Assembly (NCBI GenBank): GCA_963823665.1
Contig: CAWGMQ010000010.1
Coordinates: 256,001 to 320,000, forward strand
Direction: 5' to 3'
Length of the DNA: 64,000 nt
Origin: an uncultured Planctomycetota bacterium
Lineage (GTDB): Bacteria > Planctomycetota > Planctomycetia > Isosphaerales > Isosphaeraceae
Both the position numbers and the translations under genes were made by a program. The notes under the pieces were generated by a model. That model did not search any database and had not been told where the DNA came from. It worked only from the letters and a program-made list of their open reading frames with translations. Positions 1-9,851 of the stretch are shown in pieces. Position 1 is the stretch's first letter. Each line of letters opens with the position of its first letter.

Positions 1-20
1 CGTACATCAACCAGTCGCCG

Positions 21-1171
21 GTGCGCTCGAAGAGACGATTTCCTGCCGGAGTGGACATGAACGCCGAGAACCCCTCAGTCCGAAAACTCGATGGCGTCTC
101 GACGCTCGACCTGATGTTCTTCACGGCCGGGTTTGCCTGCGGCTGGGTGATGCATCAGTCGTTCAGTACGCGAATCGCGCGATACTATTCGGTGTGGTGG
201 GGGGACAGCTTCCAGTCGCTGCTGGGCACAGCCTGGGTCGGCTGGCTCTGGGCATATATGACCGGCCTGGCGTTCTTGATCGTCGCTCGCCCGTTCCGTT
301 ACGGCTCTCGCAACCGTCCCGCCGAGTGGCTCGGCGTCGCGCTGGCAATCGTTCTCTTCGAGTCGTGTTATCCATATTCTCGGTCCGTTCACCCGGGATA
401 TCACGGGGAAATGCACGCGGATTACGACTGGGACTGGCCAAGCAGTCCGTTCCGGTTCGAGGCCCAGTTATTGCTTGGCGGTCAGCTTTATCCGACCAAT
501 ATCGCGTCCGATCGTCCGGTCACCTTCGTCGTGCGCTGGCTGCCGCAATGGGAACCGTGGGACGGTCCCTGGTGGGCCCCCGGGTTGCCCTTCACTGTGG
601 CGGCTGTGATCTACGGAGTCGCCGCATGGTGCCTGCGCGCAAGGTCAACCCGGGCTGGGTCGCGCTTCTGGTGACTGCGTTTGCGGTCCTGGTCGCTTTG
701 GGACCGGTCCGGCTTGCCGAGGCGACGTCGAGGGAAATCACCTATTACGTCTACGATCACAACGATGGCGCGATTCTGCCCTCGCTCGGGGGGAAACCTT
801 GGCGTTGGATGTGGCTGTACGTTTATCTCGACATCCGCGCCTGGGCCGGTTACTCGATCCGCGCCTTGGCGCTGATGATGCTCGCCCTACTGGCGACCGC
901 CAGTTTGGTGAAGCGATGGCGGCGCTGGCTCTGGACGGAATGGGCGGCATTTCTCTCCGCGTTGGTCATCGCCGGCTGCTGGATCTACGATGAGTTCGTC
1001 GCTCGACCCGCGCTGGATCGAACAGTTCGGGTAACAGTCCTTGCCACCGGGCTTCTCGTGATCGCAATCGTCGCGGCCGTCGTGCTGTTCGTTGGCTCCG
1101 TGATCGCGCGGCGCGTCCAGAGATTCCACGTGGCCCCACCGCGGGCCCATGCGGAATGCACGACTTCGTAA
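21..1171 (+). CDS. Hypothetical multi-pass membrane protein, frameshifted near 640
   Basis: Hydrophobic TM-like segments run through ORF 21..674 up to AAWCL and continue in ORF 194..1171 from RKVNPGWVALLV. Confidence 0.6.
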
Positions 1172-1325
1172 CGGAGTCGCGGCGTCCGACTTTCGGTGAA
1201 ACGGAGCCGCTTGCCGACCGCCGTGGCGGATCGGGCTCACGCCCGAGGCTGGAGGACGTGCGTCCCGTCCGAACCACGGTCTCACGACAGTGGTCACGGG
1301 ATTCGCGTTCCCCGTGCAATCTCCA

Positions 1326-3272
1326 TCAGTCCCCGCCATCACGCGCAAAGACCACAAACCCATTCGCCGGAATCACCACGCTGGCCGAAGCAGGAAGCCC
1401 ATGCATCGGCGGCCCGGACGCAGTCACGCCGTCGCCGTTGCCGGCGGTGATCGGGTTCACCCAGTTGTCGTAGACGTCGCTGTTGAAAACCTCCCGCCAG
1501 AATCCGGGTCCGGGGAAGCCGATCGAATACCCCCAGTACGTCGATTCGGCCAGCGTGGCGGCAACCACCACGTCGCGGCCGGCGCCCACCACCCAGCGCT
1601 GGAAAGCCACAACTCGGTTCTGATCGTGCACGTGAAACACGTTCACCGCATCCGCTCGCAGCGCCGGCTGGTGCATCCGAAGCGCGATCAGCTCGCGGCA
1701 GAATCGCAGGTAATCTTGCATCACCTTGTCGGTCTTTAATCCGTCCCAGTAGATGAGCAGGTTTTGCTCGCTGTCGCTCCACTGTTTGTCTTCCAGAAAC
1801 TCTTCCCCCATGAAGAGCATGGGGATTCCCGGCGACGTCATGAGCAGGCCTGTCGCCACACGTGAGCGACTGCGCGCGTACCACGAGCGGCTGTTCGATC
1901 CATCGGCCAGGTGGGCGATGCGGGGGCCGCTGCCCGCGAAGACAATGTCGTGATTTTCCAGATGGGTGACCGATCTCCACGCCGCCGAGAACCCCGGCGG
2001 CGGGTAAATGTTGTCGCCGATCGCGTCGAACGAGACGGGTGCACTGGCGCCCGAGGAGGCCGCCCCCAGCGCTCCCCGCACCGCGCCCCTGAGCCGGTCC
2101 GACCAGGTCGCGTCAAACCCCGCACCGCCCTCTGACGTCGGCTTCACAACCCAGGTCTGATCGGGGTTCCAGTATTCGGCAATGTGAATGCTCTGATCCT
2201 TGACGAAATGTGCCGTGTCGGTCAGGTTCTGGCAGAAATTCCAGCCACCGAAGCGATCGATCACGGTCACCTCGTCGTACCGGAAGCCGTCGCAATGGCA
2301 CTCGGTCATGAAGTAGTTCGCATTGTCGATCAGGAATTGCTGGACATCCTGGTTCCAGTATGCAAACACCTTGCCGCCGGCCCAGCCCTGGTCGGTGAAA
2401 TAGAGGCTCCGGTTGTCGTCGCCGCCGGGCTGGCGGTCGTAGTAGTACATGCTCTCGTCGTCGAGAGAGCCGCCGGCGTGGTTGTAGACGACGTCGAAGA
2501 GAACGGCGATCCCGTAAAGGTGAAAGAGATCAACCATCGCCTTCATCTGGCTGATCTGTGTGCTGAGCTGCTCGGCCTTGACGGGAGCTTTCCCTTTGGC
2601 CTGGAGCAGCCGGTTGACCACGCCTGTCAGTCGCACCAGGTCGGGCCCCGGCGGCAGGGTGTAATCCATTTCAGGTGAGAAATAGTCCGTGTAGTTGTAG
2701 CCCTCGCTGGTGGTCGTCGGAAACTCGATCACGGGCAGCGGCTCGATGGCATTGATTCCCAGGTCGACCAGATACTCGAGACGGTCGACCACGCCGAGGA
2801 ACGTGCCCGGCCGCTTCAGGCGCGCGTCATTTCCGGCCGAGTCAGCGGCGTAATAGACGCCGATGTGAAACTGATAGACGATCAGGTCGCTGAAGTTGGG
2901 CATACGAAAACCCTGGTCGTGCCAGGGATAGTCGCCGGGATTCCGCACGATGCAGTTGCTGCTTGGAAACGGTGGGTCCAGCGAAAGCTCGCGCGCGTAG
3001 GGGTCGCGCTTCCAGCCCGTGGATCCGGTGCCAACCACCCAGAACTTGTATTCAGTGCCGTCGCCGGCCGTTGAAACGAAGCCGGACCAGACGCCCGCGC
3101 TGTTCTTGACGAGCAGGAAGGCCGGATCAACGACCTTCCAGTTGTTGAACGCGCCGACCACGTACACGGCCGTTGCGCTCGGCGCCCAGGTGCGGAAGGT
3201 GACTCCGCCCTCGGGCACGATGCTGGCGCCCAACGGCGTCTTGTCGTCGATGTGCGCTTGAGAAAGGGGCAT
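1326..3272 (-). CDS. GH13 alpha-amylase family enzyme with N-terminal CBM48-like domain (branching-enzyme/trehalohydrolase-like)
   Basis: N-terminal FRTWAPSA..VVGAFNNW; GH13 regions DVVYNH, GFRYDEV, IAEYW, ENHD; C-terminal WREVFNSD. Confidence 0.9.
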   Translation of the reverse strand: MPLSQAHIDDKTPLGASIVPEGGVTFRTWAPSATAVYVVGAFNNWKVVDPAFLLVKNSAGVWSGFVSTAGDGTEYKFWVVGTGSTGWKRDPYARELSLDPPFPSSNCIVRNPGDYPWHDQGFRMPNFSDLIVYQFHIGVYYAADSAGNDARLKRPGTFLGVVDRLEYLVDLGINAIEPLPVIEFPTTTSEGYNYTDYFSPEMDYTLPPGPDLVRLTGVVNRLLQAKGKAPVKAEQLSTQISQMKAMVDLFHLYGIAVLFDVVYNHAGGSLDDESMYYYDRQPGGDDNRSLYFTDQGWAGGKVFAYWNQDVQQFLIDNANYFMTECHCDGFRYDEVTVIDRFGGWNFCQNLTDTAHFVKDQSIHIAEYWNPDQTWVVKPTSEGGAGFDATWSDRLRGAVRGALGAASSGASAPVSFDAIGDNIYPPPGFSAAWRSVTHLENHDIVFAGSGPRIAHLADGSNSRSWYARSRSRVATGLLMTSPGIPMLFMGEEFLEDKQWSDSEQNLLIYWDGLKTDKVMQDYLRFCRELIALRMHQPALRADAVNVFHVHDQNRVVAFQRWVVGAGRDVVVAATLAESTYWGYSIGFPGPGFWREVFNSDVYDNWVNPITAGNGDGVTASGPPMHGLPASASVVIPANGFVVFARDGGD

Positions 3273-3497
3273 TGGGTTCCTCCCAGCTTATCGTCCCGGA
3301 ATGCGATCCGCGTTCACCGGGGTGAGCGTCGGCGTAGCCACGCCGTAGACATCCACGCGGCCGTCTTATGTGGCCACAACCGTCGCCAGACAGAACCAAC
3401 ATCATGAATCGGTTCCGCCACCCGAAGGGGCTCGCTTGGATCGCCTGTTCTTTGAGCTCGTCCAGGTTAACCGGCGCCGCGGTTCTCGGCCACTGTC

Positions 3498-5643
3498 TCA
3501 ATCTACATAAAGAAAGGCGTTTAGGTTGATCAGCGCCAGGCAAAGGTCGGTCATCGACCCCCCGGCGAGAAACTCGGCCATCATCCGCCGCTCGGCGTCA
3601 TCCGGTGCTCGACCCAGTGCCAGTCTCGCCGCCGCTTCGGATTGACCGATGGAGCTCGAATTGAGCCGGCAGACACGCTCCGCGAGCTTGCCGGCCGCTT
3701 CGTGGGCCAGGCTGCTGTTCAAAAGCGAGAGCGCCTGCGGCGCAATCGTCGTGACCGGCCGCTGCGGGCAACTTGCATTCGTGTCCGGGCGATCGAAGAC
3801 CTCGAAGAAGGGGTAGCGCAGATTGCGCCGTACGAAGACATAGAGGCTGCGACGGCTGCGGTCGGCGGGTCCGGGCGAGACGGGCCAGACCGCCCCCTTG
3901 CTGCTCAATTTGCTCAGCTCAGGCGGCAGCTCGGGGAACCCCGAAGGCCCCCGCATCGCGGGATTGAGGGCGCCCGAGACAAACAATAGCGCATCGCGAA
4001 TCGCCTCGCCGTCCAGCCGTCGGCGGTTCTGCCGGCTGAAAAGCAAGTTGTCTGGATCAGCAGCGAGGATTTCCCGATCGGCGACCGACGACTGCCGGTA
4101 CGTCGCGCTCGTGACGATCAGCCGGTGCATCCTCTTGAGGCTCCAGCCCTGGGCAACCAGCTCGGTGGCCAGCCAGTCGAGCAGTTCGGGGTGAGACGGC
4201 TCTTCGCCCATCGTGCCGAAGTCGCTGGCGGTCGCCACCAGGCCGCGGCCGAAATGATGCTGCCAGAGGCGATTGACGATCACACGCGCTGTGAGCGGAT
4301 GATCGGGCCGAACCAGCCAGTCCGCCAGCGCGCTGCGCCGGCCGCTCGAGCGCGACGACGAAACGGGCTTCGTCGCCGCCGCGGTCGCGAGGACTGCCGG
4401 AACCTGCCGGCGCCATCTCGGGGCCTCGCGCTGTGTAGTCACCGCGGCGGAGCAGATAAGTGATCGGAGCGGCCGGGCCGGTCTCGTCGATTCCCCGCGC
4501 CTTGGGCAGCTCAGGTGGCGGCTGCCGCATCATCCGATCCAGCTTCGTGAGCAGCTCTTGCCGCTGCGACCAGGCCCCGGGGTCAAGCGAGCTTTTCCAC
4601 ACACCGGGCGCGATCCGCCGATCGGCCTTGAGTGCGTCGAAAACGAGCTTGACCTCATGTGCCGACCGCTCGGCCGCGGGCTTCGCGAATGCGGCCGCCG
4701 TCTCGTCATTCAATCCAGGAGGGTTCCCAGGCGCCATCTTCTCTCGCACGGGCGCCTCGAGACGAATCAAGGCGGCTTGTACCTCGGAGAGCTCGTGCTC
4801 CCAGGCGGTCCGAGCGAGCAAATACTCCTGACGCCTCCGCGCGGTGGCCAGCGGAAAGTCGTCGCGGAAGCGTGATCCGGCGAAGAACGCCTGGAGCTGG
4901 TAATAGTCAGTCTGCTTGATCGGGTCGAATTTGTGGTCGTGGCAGCGGGCGCAGCCGATCGTCAGCCCCAGGAAGACAAGCCCGGTCGTCTCGGTGATGT
5001 CGTCCAGAGCATTCTGCCGGCGAAGCTGCTGATCGTTCAGGTCGACCATGTCGGGGTAGCAGCGGTTGAATCCCGTGGCGATGAACGCCCAGGAATCGTC
5101 GGGCTGAATTTCGTCACCGGCAAGCTGAAGCCGGACGAAACGGTCGTAAGGCAAGTCGCGGTTCAAGGCATCGACGACCCAATCGCGATATCGCCACGCA
5201 TCAGGCCGAGCCTGGTCGAACTCAAAACCGTCGGTTTCGGCAAACCGCGCCAGGTCGAGCCAGTGCTGCCCCGCGCGCTCCCCATACTGGGGGCTTGCAA
5301 GCAGGCGGTCGACCAGCCGCTCGTAGGCATCCGGCGACCTGTCGGCGAGAAACGCCTGCTGCAGTTCGAGGCTCGGTGGCAATCCGATCAAGTCGAAGCT
5401 GAGCCGCCGCAAGAGCGTCGAACGATCGGCTTCGCGCGCGTGCTTTTGCTTTTGCGATTCCAATCGCGCAAGGATGAAGCGGTCGATCGGATTGCGCACC
5501 CAGGCCAATTCGCGCACGCGCGGCACCGCCGGGCGCACAGGCGAAACGAACGCCCAGTGCTTGTCGTCGTCCGCACGCGAAGGTGGTGCGGCCAGAAGCA
5601 CGAAGGCGCAGCACAATGGAATCAGAGCGTGCTTTCGTTTCAT
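3498..5643 (-). CDS. DUF1549/DUF1553 (PSD1-type) planctomycete protein, frameshifted near 4410
   Basis: HWAF..P, NPIDRFI, LLRRLSFDLIGLPP, HWLDLARFAET, CARCHDHKFDP; the C-terminal half has TARVIVNRLWQHHFGRGLV and HPELLDWLA in another frame. Confidence 0.9.
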
Positions 5644-5649
5644 GGATAT

Positions 5650-7092
5650 TCAAGCAAGGATCGATCGAATCACGGTGCCGGAAGTATCGGTGAGGCGGTC
5701 GTCGCGGCCGTTGTGCGGGAAGGTGAGCCGGGTGTGGTCGAGGCCGAGTAGATGGAGAATCGTCGCATGCAAGTCGTGCACGTGCACGCGATCCACGGCG
5801 GCCCGCAGACCGACTGCATCGGTCGCGCCGTGAATCGTGCCGCCTTTGACGCCACCGCCGGCCATCCAGTAGCAGAAGCCATGCGGATTGTGATCGCGTC
5901 CCTTGCGGCTCTCCGACATGGGCATCCGCCCGAATTCGCCACCCCAGATGACGAGCGTGCTGTCGAGAAGTCCGCGGCGCTTCAAGTCTTTGAGCAGACC
6001 GGCGACGGGTTTATCGGTGCGGCCGCACATGGTGGCGTGATTCACCTCGACGTCGTCGTGGGCATCCCATCCGTTGACGTCCCCCGAATAAAGCTGAACG
6101 AATCGCACGCCGCGTTCGACGAGCCGACGCGCTAAAAGGCAGCGGGTGCCGAATTCGGCGGTCTGGCGGTCGTCGAGTCCGTACAGACGGCGAGTTTCTT
6201 CGGTTTCACGGCCCAGGTCGACGGCTTCCGGTGCGGCGGTTTGCATGCGGAAGGCCAGCTCATAAGACTGGATCCGCGCCTCGAGCTCGGGGTCGCCGCC
6301 GCGCTGTTCGAGATGATGACGATCGAGCCGATCGATCAAGTCGATGACGTCGCGCTGGCTTTTGGCTGAGCGGCTCGCGGGGGGCAAAAGGTCAAGAATC
6401 GGCCGGTCGCCGCCGCGCATCAATGTCCCCTGGTGGCCCGCGGGCAAAAACCCGGCACCATAAGCCGGCGGCCCCCCCTTGATACCGCCGCCGGGGTCAG
6501 GCAAGACCAGAAACGACGGCAAATCCTGATTCTCGGTCCCCAGTCCGTAGCTGACCCACGACCCCAGGCACGGCTTTCCCATCAAGATGGTGCCGGTGTT
6601 CATCTCGTAGACGGCCTGCGGATGATTGACGCTATCGGCCCAGCACGACCGGATGACGGCGAGGTCATCGGCACATTCGTGGAGATGCGGCAGAAAATCC
6701 GAGATCTCGATCCCGCTCTGACCGCGCTTGCCGAATGTGCGCTTGGTGGCGAGCAGCGGATTATGAGCGACCTTCCGCCGGGTGGCGACGGCGCCAAAGC
6801 TGGCGGGTAGCGGCTCTCCGGCCAGCCGCTGGAGATCAGGCTTGGGATCAAACGTCTCGAGGTGGCTCGGCCCGCCGTGCATGAAGAGGTAGATGACGCT
6901 GTGGGCTTTGGCGGGGAAATGGCCGGCCCGTGGGGCGTGGGGGTGTTTCGGCCCGGGCGAATTTGCCGCAGCTTCGTGCTCGAGCAGCCAGTGCAAGGCG
7001 AGCGCACCCAAACCGCCGCCGGCTTGGTGCAGGAAGTCGCGGCGGCCAACACCGGTGTCGGCGTGGCCGCGAAATGGTTGCTGCGTCGGCAT
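5650..7092 (-). CDS. DUF1501 domain (sulfatase-like) protein
   Basis: Tat-like RRDFL; FMHGGPSHLETFDPKP, ARRLVERGVRFVQ, WDAH, GEFGRMP, GRDHNP; directly upstream of the DUF1553 gene. Confidence 0.92.
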   Translation of the reverse strand: MPTQQPFRGHADTGVGRRDFLHQAGGGLGALALHWLLEHEAAANSPGPKHPHAPRAGHFPAKAHSVIYLFMHGGPSHLETFDPKPDLQRLAGEPLPASFGAVATRRKVAHNPLLATKRTFGKRGQSGIEISDFLPHLHECADDLAVIRSCWADSVNHPQAVYEMNTGTILMGKPCLGSWVSYGLGTENQDLPSFLVLPDPGGGIKGGPPAYGAGFLPAGHQGTLMRGGDRPILDLLPPASRSAKSQRDVIDLIDRLDRHHLEQRGGDPELEARIQSYELAFRMQTAAPEAVDLGRETEETRRLYGLDDRQTAEFGTRCLLARRLVERGVRFVQLYSGDVNGWDAHDDVEVNHATMCGRTDKPVAGLLKDLKRRGLLDSTLVIWGGEFGRMPMSESRKGRDHNPHGFCYWMAGGGVKGGTIHGATDAVGLRAAVDRVHVHDLHATILHLLGLDHTRLTFPHNGRDDRLTDTSGTVIRSILA

Positions 7093-7134
7093 TTCGCTGG
7101 AATCCCTAGGGACGACGATCGAGGCGATGTCATT

Positions 7135-8223
7135 CTACTCTGTAACGCCGTGTGTCTCCAGCGGGTGAGCTCCTGCCGGCTTGGCGTGGTAGAGATGGAG
7201 GCACGGCTCGGTTATTTCCGACTCGGCGGGCTCAGATTCTAATCCTGGACGCGGACCCCACGAGATGCGGATTGTATGACGGCGGCTGTTTGTCTGCACG
7301 GCCCTGCTTCGATCGGCCAGGTGCAGAGGGTTGCTTCGGTGCGGATGTCCCAAGCGGATCGTCGTCGCCATGACCTTCCAGCCTTCGAGTTGATATTGGC
7401 GAATGACTTCCCGGTCTGGTAGGCCCGACCGTGTCCCGGATGAAATAGCCGCCGTTGCGCGGCCCGATGCCGGGTGAATCGATCTGCACACCTCGCTCGA
7501 ATGCGAATCAATCGAACCGTGGTGCGGCACTTTGACTGCGTGGAATTTAGGTTCGTGCCCGCGTTCCGCACAGCATTCGCGCCAGGCGGAGATTGCCCGA
7601 TCGAGGCTCGCGACGTCTGCGTCGCCCGCGAGGAGGAGATTCAGGTACTCGCCGTCGAATCGGACCGACAGTGCGACGATGATCGAGAGCGCGTTCGCGT
7701 TCAGCGTCGAATTGGGATTGCGGTAGAGCTTTTCCAGATCGCGTTGGATCATTCCTCGCTTTGCCTGGTAGTCGGGCCCAATCGGAATGAAATCGATCTG
7801 ACCCGAAAAGCCGAATGGTGAGATGGGCGGACGGTCAGCGTCGAGCTCCCTGAGTCGGACTTTTCCAGACTTGCTCCAGGCAGAGAGCTGCTGTTGCAAG
7901 TTGGCGTATTCCCTGCCGCCGACCCGACCTTGCATCAAGCGCCTGGCGTCATGGGCGTTTACTCCGGTGTCGACATAAGTCAATTGCTTCTGTCCGCGAG
8001 AAAGAAACTCGGCGATCACGTTGGCCATGCCATGGTAGTGGTCGAAGTCGGGGTGTGTCTGGATCACGAGGTCCAGTGCCTTGATCCCCTTTTCTTCAAC
8101 GAAATCCAAAAACCTCTGCCGCGTCCCGTCCCATTGTGGGAGGTAGCAATCGATCAAGCACCATCGGTCTCCCGGCAGCCGAACCAGAATCGTGTCGCCG
8201 TGCCCACAATCGAGCAGAAACAT
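7135..8223 (-). CDS. ComEC/Rec2-like metallo-beta-lactamase fold hydrolase (start uncertain, 8223-8298)
   Basis: LDCGHGD, LIDC, THPDFDHYHG, LLAGDAD, KVPHHGS motifs; no membrane domain. Confidence 0.8.
   Translation of the reverse strand: MFLLDCGHGDTILVRLPGDRWCLIDCYLPQWDGTRQRFLDFVEEKGIKALDLVIQTHPDFDHYHGMANVIAEFLSRGQKQLTYVDTGVNAHDARRLMQGRVGGREYANLQQQLSAWSKSGKVRLRELDADRPPISPFGFSGQIDFIPIGPDYQAKRGMIQRDLEKLYRNPNSTLNANALSIIVALSVRFDGEYLNLLLAGDADVASLDRAISAWRECCAERGHEPKFHAVKVPHHGSIDSHSSEVCRSIHPASGRATAAISSGTRSGLPDREVIRQYQLEGWKVMATTIRLGHPHRSNPLHLADRSRAVQTNSRRHTIRISWGPRPGLESEPAESEITEPCLHLYHAKPAGAHPLETHGVTE
7148..7161 (+). repeat. 14-bp direct repeat CCGTGTGTCTCCAG, copy 1
   Basis: Identical to 8654-8667; the two copies bracket the MBL gene and the small gene. 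Confidence 0.7.
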
Positions 8224-8239
8224 CTCGATCAGGCAGTCG

Positions 8240-8605
8240 TCAGAAGACCATTGGGCCGGTGATTCGATCTCGGGGGTTGTCGGTAGCGTCGTCGCCAAGG
8301 CCTTCCTCTGGGTCTGTGTCCTCGGGTGATTTAGGCTCTAGCACGGCGACAGTGACGACAGTAGCGAGTCGCTGGCCAACTTCAGGGAGGAGCCCGCCGA
8401 TAAACTGATCGCGCTGATAAGTCTGCTCGACCAGATCGTCGCTGATCTCGTAAACCACGACGACCTCGTCACCGTCAACGCTGACTACCTGGCCTTCGTA
8501 CGACTCGTTCATCAACACCCGGTGTGGCTCACTATCGGGATAGGACATCGCCTCCTTCTCGGGCTTTGTCGGGTTTTTCGTCGCTGGCCGAGTTGGTGTT
8601 GCCAT
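8240..8605 (-). CDS. Small acidic hypothetical protein, partner of the MBL gene
   Basis: ORF with GGAGG upstream of MATPTR; globular core YEGQVVSVDGDEVVVVY; abuts the MBL ORF. Confidence 0.6.
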   Translation of the reverse strand: MATPTRPATKNPTKPEKEAMSYPDSEPHRVLMNESYEGQVVSVDGDEVVVVYEISDDLVEQTYQRDQFIGGLLPEVGQRLATVVTVAVLEPKSPEDTDPEEGLGDDATDNPRDRITGPMVF

Positions 8606-8653
8606 TTCGCCCTCCACCGGCAATTCGAACTTACATTATTGTACCGCGTGTCT

Positions 8654-8667
8654 CCGTGTGTCTCCAG
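8654..8667 (+). repeat. 14-bp direct repeat CCGTGTGTCTCCAG, copy 2
   Basis: Identical to 7148-7161. Confidence 0.7.
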
Positions 8668-8669
8668 GC

Positions 8670-9222
8670 TGGCTCCGCGAGGTCGGACCAGCGGCGCAGA
8701 AGCGAATCTGGATCCTGCTCGACCAATCGGCACCGGATGCCGGGCGATACGACCTCGTTCACGTCGTTCTCAACGCCAATGGCGACCTGACCGAACCGGC
8801 GGAACGCTTCGCCGGCGAGACCGAGGGCAACGATATCCGCTTTCGCCTCCCGGACGTCAAGGACCCGGTCACCGGAGCCACCCACACCCGTTTCACCGCC
8901 CGTGTTTCCAATGCCAAACCGGCCAGCCGGGCGCGGGGAAAGCTCATTCTGGGCATTCCAGGAGCACTTCTTGCCGGAATCCGAGGCGGTGAAGGCGACA
9001 CTCATCTACCGAGATGCCCAGGACAAGCAACAGCAGGTTGTCTGCCGGGTCAAAAAGCGATGCTGAGGCATGCTCCATCACGGCCCGGTTCGGGTCCCCG
9101 CGCTTGCACGTCCTGGCAAGGCAATTGTCCGCGTCGAATTTCCCGAGGGAGCCACCTACCAGTCGATCGCGACGGACATCGAAGTAGAGCTGGTAAAACC
9201 GCGACGAAGACGGAATGACTAA
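8670..9222 (+). pseudogene. Truncated, internally deleted gene remnant containing in-frame Cys-TGA-Gly (candidate selenoprotein family)
   Basis: Protein-like segments RIWILLDQSAPDAGRYDLVHVVLNANGDLTEP and SSFWAFQEHFLP...VKKRC*GMLHHGPVRVP...VELVKP lie in different frames; no start codon or N-terminus. Confidence 0.55.
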
Positions 9223-9288
9223 CTCAGGCCCCGTCGGGCCCGCCGCCCACCAGGTTTGCAAGCGGCCCCGAAATATTTCGAGATGCTG

Positions 9289-9337
9289 TTGACCTCTCAG
9301 ACGGATTGTCTTAGAGTGTCTATCAGACATGTTGTCT
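9289..9337 (+). promoter_or_regulatory. Sigma70-type promoter with two tandem palindromic operators (candidate BlaI boxes)
   Basis: TTGACC (9289)-17 bp-TAGAGT (9312); AGAC-N5-GTCT at 9299-9311 and 9325-9337. Confidence 0.65.
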
Positions 9338-9353
9338 TGGAGGTAGGGCTGGC

Positions 9354-9749
9354 ATGAACCGGCAGCAGCATGATGTGACCGAGGCCGAGCTGGCGCTTTT
9401 GCAGTCGCTCTGGGACGCGGGGCCTGCGACGATCCGGCAACTGGTTGACCGGGTCTACAAGCAGGAAGGGCCGTCGGTTTACGCGACCGTGCAGAAGTTG
9501 CTCGATCGGCTCGAATCGAAGGGGTTTGTCCAGAGGGACCGGGGTGCCGCGGTGCACGTGTTCCGGGCGGCCGTTGACCGTGAAGAGTTGATCGGCCGGC
9601 GGCTCCGCGCCGTCGCCGATTCCCTTTGCGGCGGGTCGCTCTCGCCGCTTCTCTCCCATCTGGTCGAAGACAAGGGCCTTTCCGAAGCCGAGCGGCGCGA
9701 GCTGCGCGGCTTGATCGAGCGGCTCGATCGCAAACGGCGATCGCGCTAA
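9354..9749 (+). CDS. BlaI/MecI/CopY family transcriptional repressor
   Basis: TEAELALLQSLWDAGPATIRQL, YATVQKLLDRLESKGFV, GGSLSPLLSHLV. Confidence 0.93.
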   Translation: MNRQQHDVTEAELALLQSLWDAGPATIRQLVDRVYKQEGPSVYATVQKLLDRLESKGFVQRDRGAAVHVFRAAVDREELIGRRLRAVADSLCGGSLSPLLSHLVEDKGLSEAERRELRGLIERLDRKRRSR

Positions 9750-9851
9750 AGGTACAGGCAGAGCGCGGCGAGCTGCGCGCACTGGTTTCTCGGGCGGTAG
9801 TGGAACGATTGACTTCCATCGATTCTGCGTGAGGCTGAAAGGGGTCCGGCC

